Source of the DNA: an uncultured Ardenticatenia bacterium
GTDB taxonomy: Bacteria > Chloroflexota > Anaerolineae > 4572-78 > NAK82
Assembly (NCBI GenBank): GCA_937127125.1
Contig: CAKZLO010000063.1
Coordinates: forward strand, 8,185 to 72,184
Length of the DNA stretch: 64,000 nucleotides
Direction of reading: 5' to 3'
Within the stretch, counting starts at the first letter, position 1; each line of letters starts with the position of its first letter. Made by a program: the position numbers and the translations under genes. The notes under the pieces were generated by a model that was given only the letters and a program-made list of their open reading frames with translations, was not told the origin of the DNA and did no database searches. Of the stretch, positions 18,653 through 29,410 are shown piece after piece.

Positions 18653-19878
18653 TCATTAGGATGTGTCGTACGCAGTCGCTCCACAATGGTTGGCAGCACT
18701 TCTAACACTGTTTCAATATCATCCATCGTGGTGCTGCGTCCCAAGGTCAGGCGCAGCGCACCTAAAGCCAGCTGCGGTGGAATGCCCATCGCCAGGAGAA
18801 TGCTGCTGGGTTCAGACATTCCGGTATTGCAGGCACTTCCGCTTGCCGCACAGATTCCGGCAAGGTCGAGGTGCATCAAGAGAGTGCTTGCGTCCACTCC
18901 GGGAATGACAAAACTGGCGTGGTGCGGCAAACGTTGAGTAGGGTGACCTGTTAGTTGAGCGTCCGGCAAAGCCGCCTGAACACCCCGGATCAGCCGATCG
19001 CGCAGCTGGATAAGACGTCCGTTCTCCACAGAACGTATGTCCTGGGCAAGTTTGAGGGCAGTGGCTAAGCCCACAATGTATGGAACGTTCTCCGTTCCTG
19101 CTCGTCGCCCACCCTCGTGTCCGCCTCCAGTTTGTTGTGGCAATAACGGGATACCTTCGCGCACATATAAGACGCCCACCCCTTTGGGCGCGTAAAACTT
19201 GTGCCCTGAAAGAGACAACAGGTCCACCCGCAGGCGGTCCACGTTGAGATCCAGGTAACCTCCCGCCTGTACCGCATCGGTATGTACCGGAATGCCAAGC
19301 TGTCGTCCAATTTCTCCGATCTCGGCCAAAGGCTGGATAGTGCCTATCTCGTTGTTGGCATATATGACGCTGATGAGCACGGTATCAGAACGGATGGCAC
19401 GCTTCACGTCGGCAGGATCAATCAACCCATAACGATCAACAGGTACCACGGTTTGCTGGAAGCCGAAATGCTCGCATAGATGCTTGATGGTATGGCTGAC
19501 GGCATGATGTTCGCATGCACTGGTGATAATATGCTGACCCTTGCCCGCCCGTGCTGCACTGAAAGCGATCCCTCGAATGGCCAAGTTGTCGCTTTCTGTG
19601 CCGCAGCTGGTAAAGATCACCTCTTTGGGCTTACACCCCAGCACCTCTGCTACTTCTGTCCTGGCACGATCCAATGCCGAAGCCAAGGCACGAGCCTGAC
19701 TATGCAGTCCGGAGGGATTGCCATATTGCTCGGCCAAGAACGGCATCATTGCTTTTAGCACCCGTGAATCTATGGGTGTGGAAGCGGAGTGATCGAGATA
19801 GATTAAGCGCTTTGGTCGTTTCTCGAGAATATACGACATCACACCCATTCCCCATCTCTTGGTATCAGCTTCACTCAA
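18649..19878 (-). CDS. iscS: Cysteine desulfurase (IscS/NifS group I)
   Basis: YLDHSAST, GNPSGLH, SGHKFYAPKG, GTENV and SGSAC motifs; true start probably slightly downstream. Confidence 0.92.
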   Translation of the reverse strand: MSEADTKRWGMGVMSYILEKRPKRLIYLDHSASTPIDSRVLKAMMPFLAEQYGNPSGLHSQARALASALDRARTEVAEVLGCKPKEVIFTSCGTESDNLAIRGIAFSAARAGKGQHIITSACEHHAVSHTIKHLCEHFGFQQTVVPVDRYGLIDPADVKRAIRSDTVLISVIYANNEIGTIQPLAEIGEIGRQLGIPVHTDAVQAGGYLDLNVDRLRVDLLSLSGHKFYAPKGVGVLYVREGIPLLPQQTGGGHEGGRRAGTENVPYIVGLATALKLAQDIRSVENGRLIQLRDRLIRGVQAALPDAQLTGHPTQRLPHHASFVIPGVDASTLLMHLDLAGICAASGSACNTGMSEPSSILLAMGIPPQLALGALRLTLGRSTTMDDIETVLEVLPTIVERLRTTHPNE

Positions 19879-20207
19879 TTCTCTGTCTCGCTAAACAGCA
19901 TGGATTACCTAAAGTATACATTAGACTTAAATTGATAAGAAACCATTGTCAAATACGATTTTGCCGATGCAATGCAAGGAGTTTACCTGGTTGTAGCAAT
20001 GGAGCGGGGAACGGCTCGATAGAGTAGGTAGAGGGAACAATGCTTTCATGCCAAGAGGGATGTCGAAATTGTATGTATGGTGAATCTTCTCCCGACAAAC
20101 CAGACCCTGAGGATCTTTTCAACACACTGTCCGTGCCCTTTTGGTCGACGAACCGAGCCTGTGTAAAATGAGGGGTATCCGTTGTATACTATTGTCAGGA
20201 GGCGAAG

Positions 20208-20624
20208 ATGGTCTTCACGCGACAGCTGCAGTTGTCTTCACAGGCAAAAGGCGATGTGCTGGACATCACGGCACAGGTACAGAAAGTCGTGGAAGATTCC
20301 AATCTACAAGCGGGCGTCGTGACTATCTTTTGTCCTGGATCCACTGGCAGTTTGACAACAATCGAGTACGAGAGCGGAGCGATATCTGACTTCAAGCAAA
20401 TTTTGAACGAGCTGATTCCGTATGAGCGCGACTACCAACATCATCGCCGCTGGGGTGATGACAATGGAGCTGCTCATGTGCGCGCTGCGCTGATGGGTCC
20501 TTCGCTCAGCATACCCTTCGCGCAGCGTCGCCTGATGCTGGGCACCTGGCAACAGATTGTTTTCATCAACTTTGACACGCGCCCACGCTCACGCCAGATT
20601 ATTGTACAGGTCATGGGAGAGTAA
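20208..20624 (+). CDS. yjbQ: YjbQ/UPF0047 family protein
   Basis: DNGAAHVRA, LGTWQQI and FDTRPR motifs. Confidence 0.9.
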   Translation: MVFTRQLQLSSQAKGDVLDITAQVQKVVEDSNLQAGVVTIFCPGSTGSLTTIEYESGAISDFKQILNELIPYERDYQHHRRWGDDNGAAHVRAALMGPSLSIPFAQRRLMLGTWQQIVFINFDTRPRSRQIIVQVMGE

Positions 20625-20660
20625 GCGAGCGGCGGGCAGGCTGATGCAATACCTATGGTA

Positions 20661-21782
20661 TTAAAGGCCCCGCGCGTTGTTGAGCGCCTGCTGCGTGTCG
20701 ATACCAGCCAACTCGTGGCAAGCTTCAATATAGGCTACCACGTTCTCCAATGGCACATCGTCCAGAATAGTGTGTGAGCTTTGCAGGATGTAGCCTCCTC
20801 CTCGACCGAGGTGTTCGGCGCGCTCAAAGATTTCTGCCCGCACCTGCTCAGGTGTTCCGTGTGGCAAAGTGTGCTCCACGTCGATGCCGCCGTAAAATGT
20901 GAGCTGATCGCCATATTGCTCCTTGACGGCATAGATATCATAAACCTGTGGCTCTAAGGGATTGAACACATCTAAACCGATCTCGATCAGGTCAGGCAAG
21001 ATTTTCAGGACGTTTCCATCGGAGTGCTGGCCCACGACCAGCCCGTGCTCCTTCACTCGTTGATAACAGATGGCCATTCGCGGCTTGATAAAACGGCGCC
21101 ACATTGCTGGGCTGAAGAGCAAGCTGGTTTTCGATCCCCAATCGTCAGCAAAATAGAAACCATCAATTCCTAAAGCGATCTGCTGATCGATGATGGGCAA
21201 ATTCCATTCATATAGTATTCTATCCAACAGCTCTTCTACCCACTCAGGTCGCTCAGCCATATCCACCAGCAGTTCTTGCATACCCCGGATCGCCCACGCG
21301 CGCTCAAACAAGGCCATGCCAAGCTTACCGAAAACAAAACGCTTGCCACGGTGGCGGTCCGCTAGCTTGCGCGCCGCGTCAAAGCGACCACTACGATAAG
21401 GATCGGGCATACGATAGGTCTCCAGGAGGCGGTAGTCCTCTGAGAGCGGATGGGCAACAGGATGGGGCATACCTCCCCTCCGATCCCATACACAGCCGAA
21501 TTCGTCGGTATGCAGACCACCCTGGGCATCCAGCGAGGACATAACCGGGCCACCACTAGGTACCAGCTCTACCTGGACATTCTCGGCCCAAGGATTGACG
21601 TTGAAGTCACTGCCGACCTTCACAATATGATTGCCCACAAATTCGATCAGAGCCTCATTGTCTGACAGACCGTAATGACGCCGAACCTTCTCATAGACGC
21701 TGGCTGTGGCGTGAAAATTGTATGGTACGCAATCAGGTTCTTCGTGGCGAATTGCCTTAAGGACGCGTTCTCGCTGATTCAT
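20661..21782 (-). CDS. Uroporphyrinogen decarboxylase / MtaA-CmuA-like TIM-barrel protein
   Basis: RERVLKAIRHEEPD, DDWG, HSDG, FYGGID and GGYIL motifs. Confidence 0.85.
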   Translation of the reverse strand: MNQRERVLKAIRHEEPDCVPYNFHATASVYEKVRRHYGLSDNEALIEFVGNHIVKVGSDFNVNPWAENVQVELVPSGGPVMSSLDAQGGLHTDEFGCVWDRRGGMPHPVAHPLSEDYRLLETYRMPDPYRSGRFDAARKLADRHRGKRFVFGKLGMALFERAWAIRGMQELLVDMAERPEWVEELLDRILYEWNLPIIDQQIALGIDGFYFADDWGSKTSLLFSPAMWRRFIKPRMAICYQRVKEHGLVVGQHSDGNVLKILPDLIEIGLDVFNPLEPQVYDIYAVKEQYGDQLTFYGGIDVEHTLPHGTPEQVRAEIFERAEHLGRGGGYILQSSHTILDDVPLENVVAYIEACHELAGIDTQQALNNARGL

Positions 21783-22665
21783 TTTGCAGCTCCCTCTCCA
21801 CTACACCGAGCCGTGGTGGCTCATGTTTCAATACAATGCCATATTGGGGCACGCCCAAGTGTTTAGATACCACCTCACATTTTGCCTGCAGCAAATAAAA
21901 CGCTGGTGCGCCGCTGCCGTCAACGCTTTCAAAGTTGGCCTGGCCTTTGGCGATGATCAAATCGGCTGCCCAAAATCGCTCAACGAACTCGGGTGAGCAG
22001 CGATAAAGTAACGTACCCAAGGCATCGCTCCCATTATCAACAATGGTAGCCACTTCGTGAATGCCTGCTGCTATGGCATCCTCAAGAGTAGCATCGTTGA
22101 CAGTAGGAGCTGCTTTGACCACGTAAGTGACCGGCACAGGCAACTGCTCAATCAATACTCGGTCGAAAACCGTCTCGCCGGCATTATCAGCCAGGTACAA
22201 CACATTGCGGCATCGAGTCAATGCCACACGCAGTGCGGACAAATGGTTGATGGCAAACGGTTCCCTGAGCACGCGTTCAATGGTGCTTTCGAGGTCAAAT
22301 TCTTTTACCACGCCGTGGTCAATGATGTTTCCAGCGATGCTAAGCCTGACAGCTACTTCCAGAGGGTCTGGTGCGCGGCGCACCAGCTCCTTCAAGCGCG
22401 GCAACAATGCTAACGCTTGCCGAGTGCTGTGGTCCTTGGCTCTCCGATAAGGATCAACACTGAGAGATACCTGGCGCACCATTTCTTGAATGCGCGAAGA
22501 CATCTCGGAGGGAGTATAGCTCATATCGTACCTTTGTGCTTCCACAAGGACGCGCTGTAGTAGCTCATACTGTTGCGCCTCGCTCAGATCAGCTACGCGC
22601 GCCGAGTCGAGAATCTGGCGCAAGAAACATGGGAAACAATCCAAATAGGTCTTCACAACGCACAC
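21757..22665 (-). CDS. DUF89/ARMT1-like damage-control phosphatase
   Basis: CFPCF, GNIID, DNAGE, NDAT and KGQANFES motifs. Confidence 0.9.
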   Translation of the reverse strand: MCVVKTYLDCFPCFLRQILDSARVADLSEAQQYELLQRVLVEAQRYDMSYTPSEMSSRIQEMVRQVSLSVDPYRRAKDHSTRQALALLPRLKELVRRAPDPLEVAVRLSIAGNIIDHGVVKEFDLESTIERVLREPFAINHLSALRVALTRCRNVLYLADNAGETVFDRVLIEQLPVPVTYVVKAAPTVNDATLEDAIAAGIHEVATIVDNGSDALGTLLYRCSPEFVERFWAADLIIAKGQANFESVDGSGAPAFYLLQAKCEVVSKHLGVPQYGIVLKHEPPRLGVVERELQNESARTRP

Positions 22666-22887
22666 CTCAATGTTTTTGTTGAAATGAACATTGACTACTC
22701 TCGTTAGTAAAGAAGGTTCTTGAAGCTACAGCAATTGCACCATTGTCCCCTGATCTGGCTTGTTCTCGGGGTGTGCCCATCTCATTCTAACACATCTGCC
22801 TGGCTTACCCCTAATTATCATCTTATCATTATACCATAGCCTCTCGAGAATTGATTTGCCCCTCCCCCACGCGCGTGCTAGAATGAA

Positions 22888-24141
22888 ATGAATCCTATGG
22901 TCTTGGTGCGTTTGAACGAAGTGATACCCTGGCGAATCCGCATTCTCCTGACTTTAGTAGCCACCGCGTTAATTTTCGCCTTGGGAGTGGCAACCGGATT
23001 CGGAGTGCACTGGTACTTCACCCGTGACAATCCGACCGCTGAAGAAGTTAACCAATTTAGCCTTTTTTGGGAAGTTTGGTGGCTCGTCAAGGATAAATTT
23101 TACGGTGATATCCCTGCTGCGCCGACACCTGTGTACGGCGCCATCAGAGGGGCGCTCGCAACCTTGCAGGATCCATATACCATTTTCGTCGAGCCACAAC
23201 CGCGCGCCCTGGAGAAAGCAGATCTGCAGGGGCGATTCGGCGGCATCGGCGCCCTGGTGACTCGGAGTAAGCAAGGCGAGGTCATCCTGCAGCCAATGCC
23301 TGGGTCACCTGCCGAGAGAGCTGGCGTTCGAAATGGTGACCAGCTCCTCAAGGTGGATGACACAGCCATCACGACCACAATGAAGACCGAAGAGATCGTT
23401 CTGCTCATTCGTGGAGAAGTGGGTACTCAGGTGCAGCTTACCTTGCAGCGCGCCGGTCTGCCTCAATCGCTGGTGATCTCTATTACGCGCGAGCTCATTG
23501 AGACTCCCTCAGTGGAATGGCGTATTCTGGAACAAGAACAAGCAATTGGATATCTGCGCATTCATATGTTCACCGAGCGCACTGCGGGGGAAACTCGACG
23601 GGCGCTACAAGATCTGCTGGATAAAGGAGCACAGCAGCTCATCTTAGATCTGCGGGGTAATGGCGGGGGGGTGCTCGACGCGGCAGTTGATGTGGCAAGC
23701 GAGTTTCTTGAGTCAGGTGTGATCTTGTTTGAAGAACGGCGCGATCAACCAGAGAAGAGCTACACGGTCAAATCAGGCGGCCTGGCTATTCAGCAACCGA
23801 TGGTTGTACTGGTGAATGGAGGGACTGCCAGCGCATCCGAGATCGTGGCTGGTGCTCTGCAAGATCACAAGCGCGCTGTGTTGATAGGAGAAAAGACCTT
23901 CGGCAAGGGATCGGTGCAAGTGGTCTTCGACTTGTCCGACGCCTCATCGGTGCATATCACGGTAGCGCGCTGGCTTACCCCGAACCGCCATCGCATCGAC
24001 CCCGAGGGGTTGCAACCGGACATTTTTGTTCCGGTCTCGGATGAGGATAGAGCTGCGGAACGTGACCCTCAGCTTGAGCAGGCTATCGTTTATTTGCGAG
24101 AGCAGGTTGTGAATGGTCGTCAGCCGAGCACAGGAGATTGA
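22888..24141 (+). CDS. ctpA: S41 carboxy-terminal protease (CtpA/Tsp)
   Basis: PDZ GIGA, DLRGNGGG, ASASE and TFGKGSVQ motifs. Confidence 0.92.
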   Translation: MNPMVLVRLNEVIPWRIRILLTLVATALIFALGVATGFGVHWYFTRDNPTAEEVNQFSLFWEVWWLVKDKFYGDIPAAPTPVYGAIRGALATLQDPYTIFVEPQPRALEKADLQGRFGGIGALVTRSKQGEVILQPMPGSPAERAGVRNGDQLLKVDDTAITTTMKTEEIVLLIRGEVGTQVQLTLQRAGLPQSLVISITRELIETPSVEWRILEQEQAIGYLRIHMFTERTAGETRRALQDLLDKGAQQLILDLRGNGGGVLDAAVDVASEFLESGVILFEERRDQPEKSYTVKSGGLAIQQPMVVLVNGGTASASEIVAGALQDHKRAVLIGEKTFGKGSVQVVFDLSDASSVHITVARWLTPNRHRIDPEGLQPDIFVPVSDEDRAAERDPQLEQAIVYLREQVVNGRQPSTGD

Positions 24142-24144
24142 TCA

Positions 24145-25389
24145 ATGAGCTTGGGTGAATTTCTCAAGTCAGTCGTTCGACTTTGGGTTATGGCCATGCT
24201 GGCGACCGTGCTCATGTTGGCCGCTTTCGGCGCAGGCTATTTTCTCCACGCTTCGCATCAGCTTGGGCTGGGAGCGGTTGATCTAACCGGCTCATCTACC
24301 GAACTCCGGAGCAGCAGCGAACGCCAACCGCCAGAGTTTGCAGTGTTCTGGGAGGCTTGGTACTTCATTGAGCAACACTTCTATGGGGAAGTTCCGCCGG
24401 TACAAGAACGCGTTTACGGCGCGATACGCGGTATGGTGAACTCGTTTGGAGATCAGAATACTGCCTTTATTGATCCAACGCGTGCCGAGATCTTCCGCCA
24501 GGATACCAGTGGCAGCTTCGAGGGAATTGGTGCAGCAGTGCGTATGGACCAAATGGGGCGTTTGGTCATTGTGGAGCCATATCCTGGCCGTCCAGCAGCT
24601 GAAGCCGGGCTGCGACGGGGAGATATCATTCTCAAGATCGACGGCACACCCACGGAGGGGATGAGTCTCTACGAAGCGATTTCACTCATCCGTGGCCCAG
24701 CGAACACAAAGGTCACGCTGACCATCTTCCGTGAAGAGGTCGAAGAGCCATTTGATGTGACCGTTACGCGTGCTCGTATTGAGATTGAGGTTGTTGAGAC
24801 AGAGCGACTGGATGGTGATCTGGGCTACGTAAGCTTGTCTGAATTCAGTCGAGGCGCAGCTGACAAGGTTGCCCAGGCGATCCAAGCGCTGCAAGCGAAA
24901 GGCCAATTGAAAGGGCTGATCTTTGATTTGCGTAACAATCCAGGGGGGTTGTTGGACGAAGCCATCGCAGTCGGCAGCCAGTTCATTGCTGATGGTGTTA
25001 TCACCATTGAGCGTGAGAAGGGCGGCACAGAGCAGGTCTTCGAAGCACTACCCAACGGTGTGGCTACAGAGCTCCCACTGGTAGTGCTCATTAACCAGGG
25101 CAGTGCCAGTGCTGCTGAGATTGTCGCAGGTGCGGTCCAGGATTACAAACGTGGCACGGTTGTGGGCGAACAGTCATTTGGCAAGGGCACCGTCCAGATT
25201 CCCCGTGCTCTGAGTGATGGTTCTGAGCTGCGCGTCACCATTGCCGAGTGGCTGACACCCAAGGGTCGCCAGATCAACGGAAGCGGTATCACCCCAGACA
25301 TCATCGTGGAACGCACTCAGGAAGATTTTGAAGCAGGGCGCGACCCACAGTTGGAACGCGCAGTAGATCTTCTCCGAGGGAAACCGTGA
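24145..25389 (+). CDS. ctpA: S41 carboxy-terminal protease (second paralog)
   Basis: [17 protein letters not shown] and SFGKGTVQ motifs. Confidence 0.92.
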   Translation: MSLGEFLKSVVRLWVMAMLATVLMLAAFGAGYFLHASHQLGLGAVDLTGSSTELRSSSERQPPEFAVFWEAWYFIEQHFYGEVPPVQERVYGAIRGMVNSFGDQNTAFIDPTRAEIFRQDTSGSFEGIGAAVRMDQMGRLVIVEPYPGRPAAEAGLRRGDIILKIDGTPTEGMSLYEAISLIRGPANTKVTLTIFREEVEEPFDVTVTRARIEIEVVETERLDGDLGYVSLSEFSRGAADKVAQAIQALQAKGQLKGLIFDLRNNPGGLLDEAIAVGSQFIADGVITIEREKGGTEQVFEALPNGVATELPLVVLINQGSASAAEIVAGAVQDYKRGTVVGEQSFGKGTVQIPRALSDGSELRVTIAEWLTPKGRQINGSGITPDIIVERTQEDFEAGRDPQLERAVDLLRGKP

Positions 25390-25859
25390 GGGCAAAGACA
25401 GAGGCCGTTAAGACGGTCGCGACCAACCGTAAAGCCTACCACGATTACTTTATTGAGGATACCCTCGAGGCTGGTATTGCGCTCACCGGCACCGAGATCA
25501 AATCGGTGCGTGCCGGTCAGGTCAATCTGCGCGATAGCTTTGCCATCATTAAAGAGGGTGAAGTGTGGCTGCTGAATGCGCATATTGCGACGTATCGTGG
25601 TGCTTCCTATTTCAACCATGATCCGCGTCGCCCGCGCAAGCTGCTCCTGCATCGCTATGAAATCAACCGTCTGATCGGCAAAGTGCAGGAGAAAGGGCTC
25701 ACGTTAATCCCACTGCGTATGTATCTGAAGAACAATCTGGCCAAGGTGGAATTGGGTCTGGCGCGCGGCAAGAAACAGTATGATAAGCGTGCCGCGTTAC
25801 GGGAGCGAGAATCACGCCGGGAAATAGAACGCGCCATCGCTCGCTATGGTAGAGAGTGA
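25386..25859 (+). CDS. smpB: SsrA-binding protein
   Basis: [21 protein letters not shown] and GKKQYDKR motifs. Confidence 0.98.
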   Translation: MRAKTEAVKTVATNRKAYHDYFIEDTLEAGIALTGTEIKSVRAGQVNLRDSFAIIKEGEVWLLNAHIATYRGASYFNHDPRRPRKLLLHRYEINRLIGKVQEKGLTLIPLRMYLKNNLAKVELGLARGKKQYDKRAALRERESRREIERAIARYGRE

Positions 25860-27598
25860 CCCATATGGTTCCCTTCATCCTCACCCCGCAACAAGACACG
25901 TTGCTGGTTGAAGAGAGGCGCTGCCTGAACGAGTTGCAGATAGTATTGGCTCGTTTCGATGCAACCCGGGATGATCAGGCGACCCTGGAACGTTCTGTCC
26001 GACAGCTGGATGAGCTCTTCCTGCTTGTAGTCGTCGGTGAGTTCAATGCTGGTAAGAGCGCGCTCATTAATGCGTTATTAGGACAGCCGCTACTCAAGGA
26101 AGGGGTCACGCCCACTACCACGCGCATTCACCTGGTGAAGTATGGTGTAAGCAGCGAACATAGCCGCCTTGATGCGGTAACCGAGATAACCACTGCCCCT
26201 CTGGACATCCTCCGCGAGATCAACATCGTGGACACTCCCGGCACGAACGCTATCCGACGTGAGCACGAAGCGATCACCCAGGAGTTTGTGCCGCGTTCAG
26301 ATATGGTGCTTTTCGTTACCTCAGCGGATCGCCCTTTTACCGAGAGCGAACGCGCGTTCCTGCAACGCATTCGCGAATGGGGCAAGAAAGTGGTGTTGGT
26401 GGTGAACAAAATTGACATTTTAGAGCATCCGGAAGACATCGGTAAAATTGTCTCGTTCATCGCCGAGAACGCGCGTGCTATGCTGGGATTCACACCTGAG
26501 ATCTTCCCCATTTCCGCACGCTTAGCACAGCAGGCCAAGCGCAACGGTGACAGCGCGTTGATAGAAGCGAGTGGTTTTGCACTCCTTGAGCGTTACATTG
26601 TGGACACCCTCGATGAGAAGGGGCGCATTCAACTCAAGCTGTTAAGTCCTTTGGGAGTGGCGCGCCATATAGCCAACAAGTACCTGGGGATCGTTCAGCA
26701 ACGTATGGACTTGCTGCGCGACGATCTCACCACTATCCAGGACATAGAAGCTCAGCTGAGCATTTACGAGCAGGATATGCGTCGTGATTTCCGCTTCCGA
26801 CTGACCGATGTGGAAAACGTGCTTCACGGTCTTGAAAGCCGAGGCATCGAGTTTTTTGAGGAGACCGTTCGGCTAGCGCGTGTTTTCGACCTGCTGAACA
26901 AGGAAAAGATCAAAAGAGATTTTGCGCGAGTAGTCATCGCAGATGTACCTCAGCGGATTGAACAGCGCGTGAACCAGGTGATCGACTGGCTGGTGGCAAG
27001 CGAATTGCGCCAATGGCAGGCTGTTATGGAGCGAATAGGACGGCGTCAATCCGAACATGCCGAGCGCATAGTCGGTCAGGTAGGAGGCACTTTCGATTAT
27101 GACCGTGCCCGTTTGTTGGACGGTGTCGGGCGCGCGGCGCAGAGCGCTGTCGAGCAATATGATCACGAACGCGAGGCACATCGCCTTGCCGAGTCGGTGC
27201 AAATGGCAGTGGCCGGCACCGCGCTAATCGAGGTGAGTGCGCTTGGCCTAGGAACACTGGTCATGTTGCTCGCCACCACTACATTGGCTGATGTGACAGG
27301 GTTGCTGACTGCTGGCTTGGTCGCTACATTGGGGTTCTTTGTCATTCCAGCTCGCCGCCGCGAGGCCAAAGCAGAGTTGCGCCGGAAGATCGGTGAGGTG
27401 CGTCGCGAGTTGATGTCAGCATTGACCCGACAATTTGACCTCGAATTGGAACGCAGTGTACGAAAAATTCAAGAATCTATTGCCCCTTACACCCGGTTTA
27501 TACGTGCCGAGCAGGATCGTCTGAATGACACCCATACTCGCCTGTCTAGCATTGTGCAAGACATGGAGCGGTTGCAGGCACTCATTGAAGCGCTGTGA
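25856..27598 (+). CDS. Bacterial dynamin-like GTPase
   Basis: G1 GEFNAGKS, G2 TPTT, G3 DTPG, G4 NKID; helical stalk and C-terminal hydrophobic hairpin. Confidence 0.9.
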   Translation: MTHMVPFILTPQQDTLLVEERRCLNELQIVLARFDATRDDQATLERSVRQLDELFLLVVVGEFNAGKSALINALLGQPLLKEGVTPTTTRIHLVKYGVSSEHSRLDAVTEITTAPLDILREINIVDTPGTNAIRREHEAITQEFVPRSDMVLFVTSADRPFTESERAFLQRIREWGKKVVLVVNKIDILEHPEDIGKIVSFIAENARAMLGFTPEIFPISARLAQQAKRNGDSALIEASGFALLERYIVDTLDEKGRIQLKLLSPLGVARHIANKYLGIVQQRMDLLRDDLTTIQDIEAQLSIYEQDMRRDFRFRLTDVENVLHGLESRGIEFFEETVRLARVFDLLNKEKIKRDFARVVIADVPQRIEQRVNQVIDWLVASELRQWQAVMERIGRRQSEHAERIVGQVGGTFDYDRARLLDGVGRAAQSAVEQYDHEREAHRLAESVQMAVAGTALIEVSALGLGTLVMLLATTTLADVTGLLTAGLVATLGFFVIPARRREAKAELRRKIGEVRRELMSALTRQFDLELERSVRKIQESIAPYTRFIRAEQDRLNDTHTRLSSIVQDMERLQALIEAL

Positions 27599-29385
27599 CA
27601 TTGTTCTTCTCCCCTGGGAGACAACTGATGAACCTTGATACGCAGGTGCAGAGACCCGAGGTAACAACCTCGGTGCCACCTCCTCAGATGGATCGTGCAC
27701 GCTATCTACGGGTGATGAGCTTCTTTATTAGGGCGTTGGCGTCCATTATCTGGTGGGATGTCCTGCTGCGCAATTTACCCATCGTACACCACATGGCTGT
27801 GCACACCGCCTTACGACGCTGGCGCACTCTCGCCCGTCGCTACCGCCAGCTGGCAGTGCAACTAGGTGGCGTGCTCATCAAGCTGGGTCAGTTCCTCAGC
27901 ATTCGTGTTGACGTGCTTCCTGCCGAGGTAATCGCTGAGCTGGCCGACTTGCAGGATGAGGTACCGGCGGAAGACATCACCCACATTCACGCTACAATTG
28001 CACAGGAGTTTGGCCGCCCTGCTGAAGCAGTATTTGCCTGGTTCGCCCCGTTGCCAGAGGCCGCCGCCTCTCTGGCGCAGGTGCACCGGGCCCGTCTCCG
28101 TCTGCCCTCGTCCCAGCCCGGAGATTCGTGCGACGAGATTGAGGTAGTAGTCAAGGTTCAGCGCACCGGTATCCGACGCGTTGTCGAAACCGATTTGGCT
28201 GCCATCCGCGCCGCTGTCCGCTTGTTGCAGCTATATCCGCCGATTGCACGGCGGGTGGATACGGAGCGCCTGCTGAGCGAGTTCACCAGCACCACCCGCG
28301 CTGAGCTGGATTTCGTGGCCGAGGGCAAAAACGCTGAACGCTTTGCCAACGACTTTGCTGATGACCCCGGCATTGTGGTACCGCGCATCTATTGGGATTA
28401 CACCACCACGCGTGTGCTTACTATGGAAAACGTGGCAGCTATCAAGATAACCGATCGGGTTGCCATGCAGGAAGTCGGCATCAGTCCGGAGCAAGTGGCA
28501 CGCCGAGTCTATCGCGCCTACTTGCGTCAGATCTTTATTACCAATTTTGTCCACGCCGACCCCCATCCGGGTAACCTCTTCGTGCGTCCACTGGACAAGG
28601 ATGATCTGTCGGAGAGCTCTGCCGATAGCCGACCTTTCCAGATTATCTTCGTGGACTTTGGCATGATGGCCGTTGTCCCAGAGCGTTTGCGTGCAGAGGC
28701 GCGCGAGTTGTTGCTTGGTCTGGCCACGCGTGATGCACGCCGCATCGTACAAGCATACATAGACGCCGATGTGTTGCTGCCCAGTGCGGACCGTCACCGC
28801 ATCGAGGAACTTCACGAGACGTTGTTAAGGCGTTTATACGGCGTCAAGATAAACCAGCTTCCCCACATAGCGTTAAGCGAGGCGCAGTACCTGTGGCACG
28901 AATACCGCGATATTATCTTTGAGATGCCATTTCAGTTCCCCTCGGATGTGCTTTTCGTCGTGCGTGCGCTCGGAATTCTGGCTGGCATCGCCACCACTCT
29001 GAACCCTGAGTTCGACCCGTGGGCCGAGACGCTTCCCTTCGCCAGACAAATTGCCACTCAGGAGCTCGAGCAGGGTTGGAACCGTTGGTTGGATCAGATA
29101 TTGGAGATGGCTCGTTTAATGTGGACGATGCCCATACGGCTGGACCGTCTCCTGACACAGGCAGAACGTGGTGAGCTGGCTACGATAGCGAGCCTGGCGC
29201 CCAGCGCGGAGCGCATGCTGCGTCGCATGGAACAATCACTGGAACGTCTTACCTGGGGAGTTATTTTTACCAGCTTGTTGATTGCAGGTATTCTATTACG
29301 TCTCAACGAAGGACCAAGCTGGATGAGCACAGCGCTGTTGGTTGGTGCAGGGTTGGCATTGCTTTGGGGTTTGACGCGCCATTGA
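27595..29385 (+). CDS. ABC1/UbiB/AarF atypical kinase
   Basis: IKLGQ, AASLAQVH, VKVQ, HADPHPGN and DFGM motifs; C-terminal TM helices. Confidence 0.92.
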   Translation: MTLFFSPGRQLMNLDTQVQRPEVTTSVPPPQMDRARYLRVMSFFIRALASIIWWDVLLRNLPIVHHMAVHTALRRWRTLARRYRQLAVQLGGVLIKLGQFLSIRVDVLPAEVIAELADLQDEVPAEDITHIHATIAQEFGRPAEAVFAWFAPLPEAAASLAQVHRARLRLPSSQPGDSCDEIEVVVKVQRTGIRRVVETDLAAIRAAVRLLQLYPPIARRVDTERLLSEFTSTTRAELDFVAEGKNAERFANDFADDPGIVVPRIYWDYTTTRVLTMENVAAIKITDRVAMQEVGISPEQVARRVYRAYLRQIFITNFVHADPHPGNLFVRPLDKDDLSESSADSRPFQIIFVDFGMMAVVPERLRAEARELLLGLATRDARRIVQAYIDADVLLPSADRHRIEELHETLLRRLYGVKINQLPHIALSEAQYLWHEYRDIIFEMPFQFPSDVLFVVRALGILAGIATTLNPEFDPWAETLPFARQIATQELEQGWNRWLDQILEMARLMWTMPIRLDRLLTQAERGELATIASLAPSAERMLRRMEQSLERLTWGVIFTSLLIAGILLRLNEGPSWMSTALLVGAGLALLWGLTRH

Positions 29386-29410
29386 ATACAGAGTTGCCGT
29401 CCCCTCATAT

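Noticed and set aside
25386-25859. tmRNA next to smpB
   Set aside because: Both flanks overlap coding genes; no GGGG...TCCACCA tRNA-like ends seen in the window
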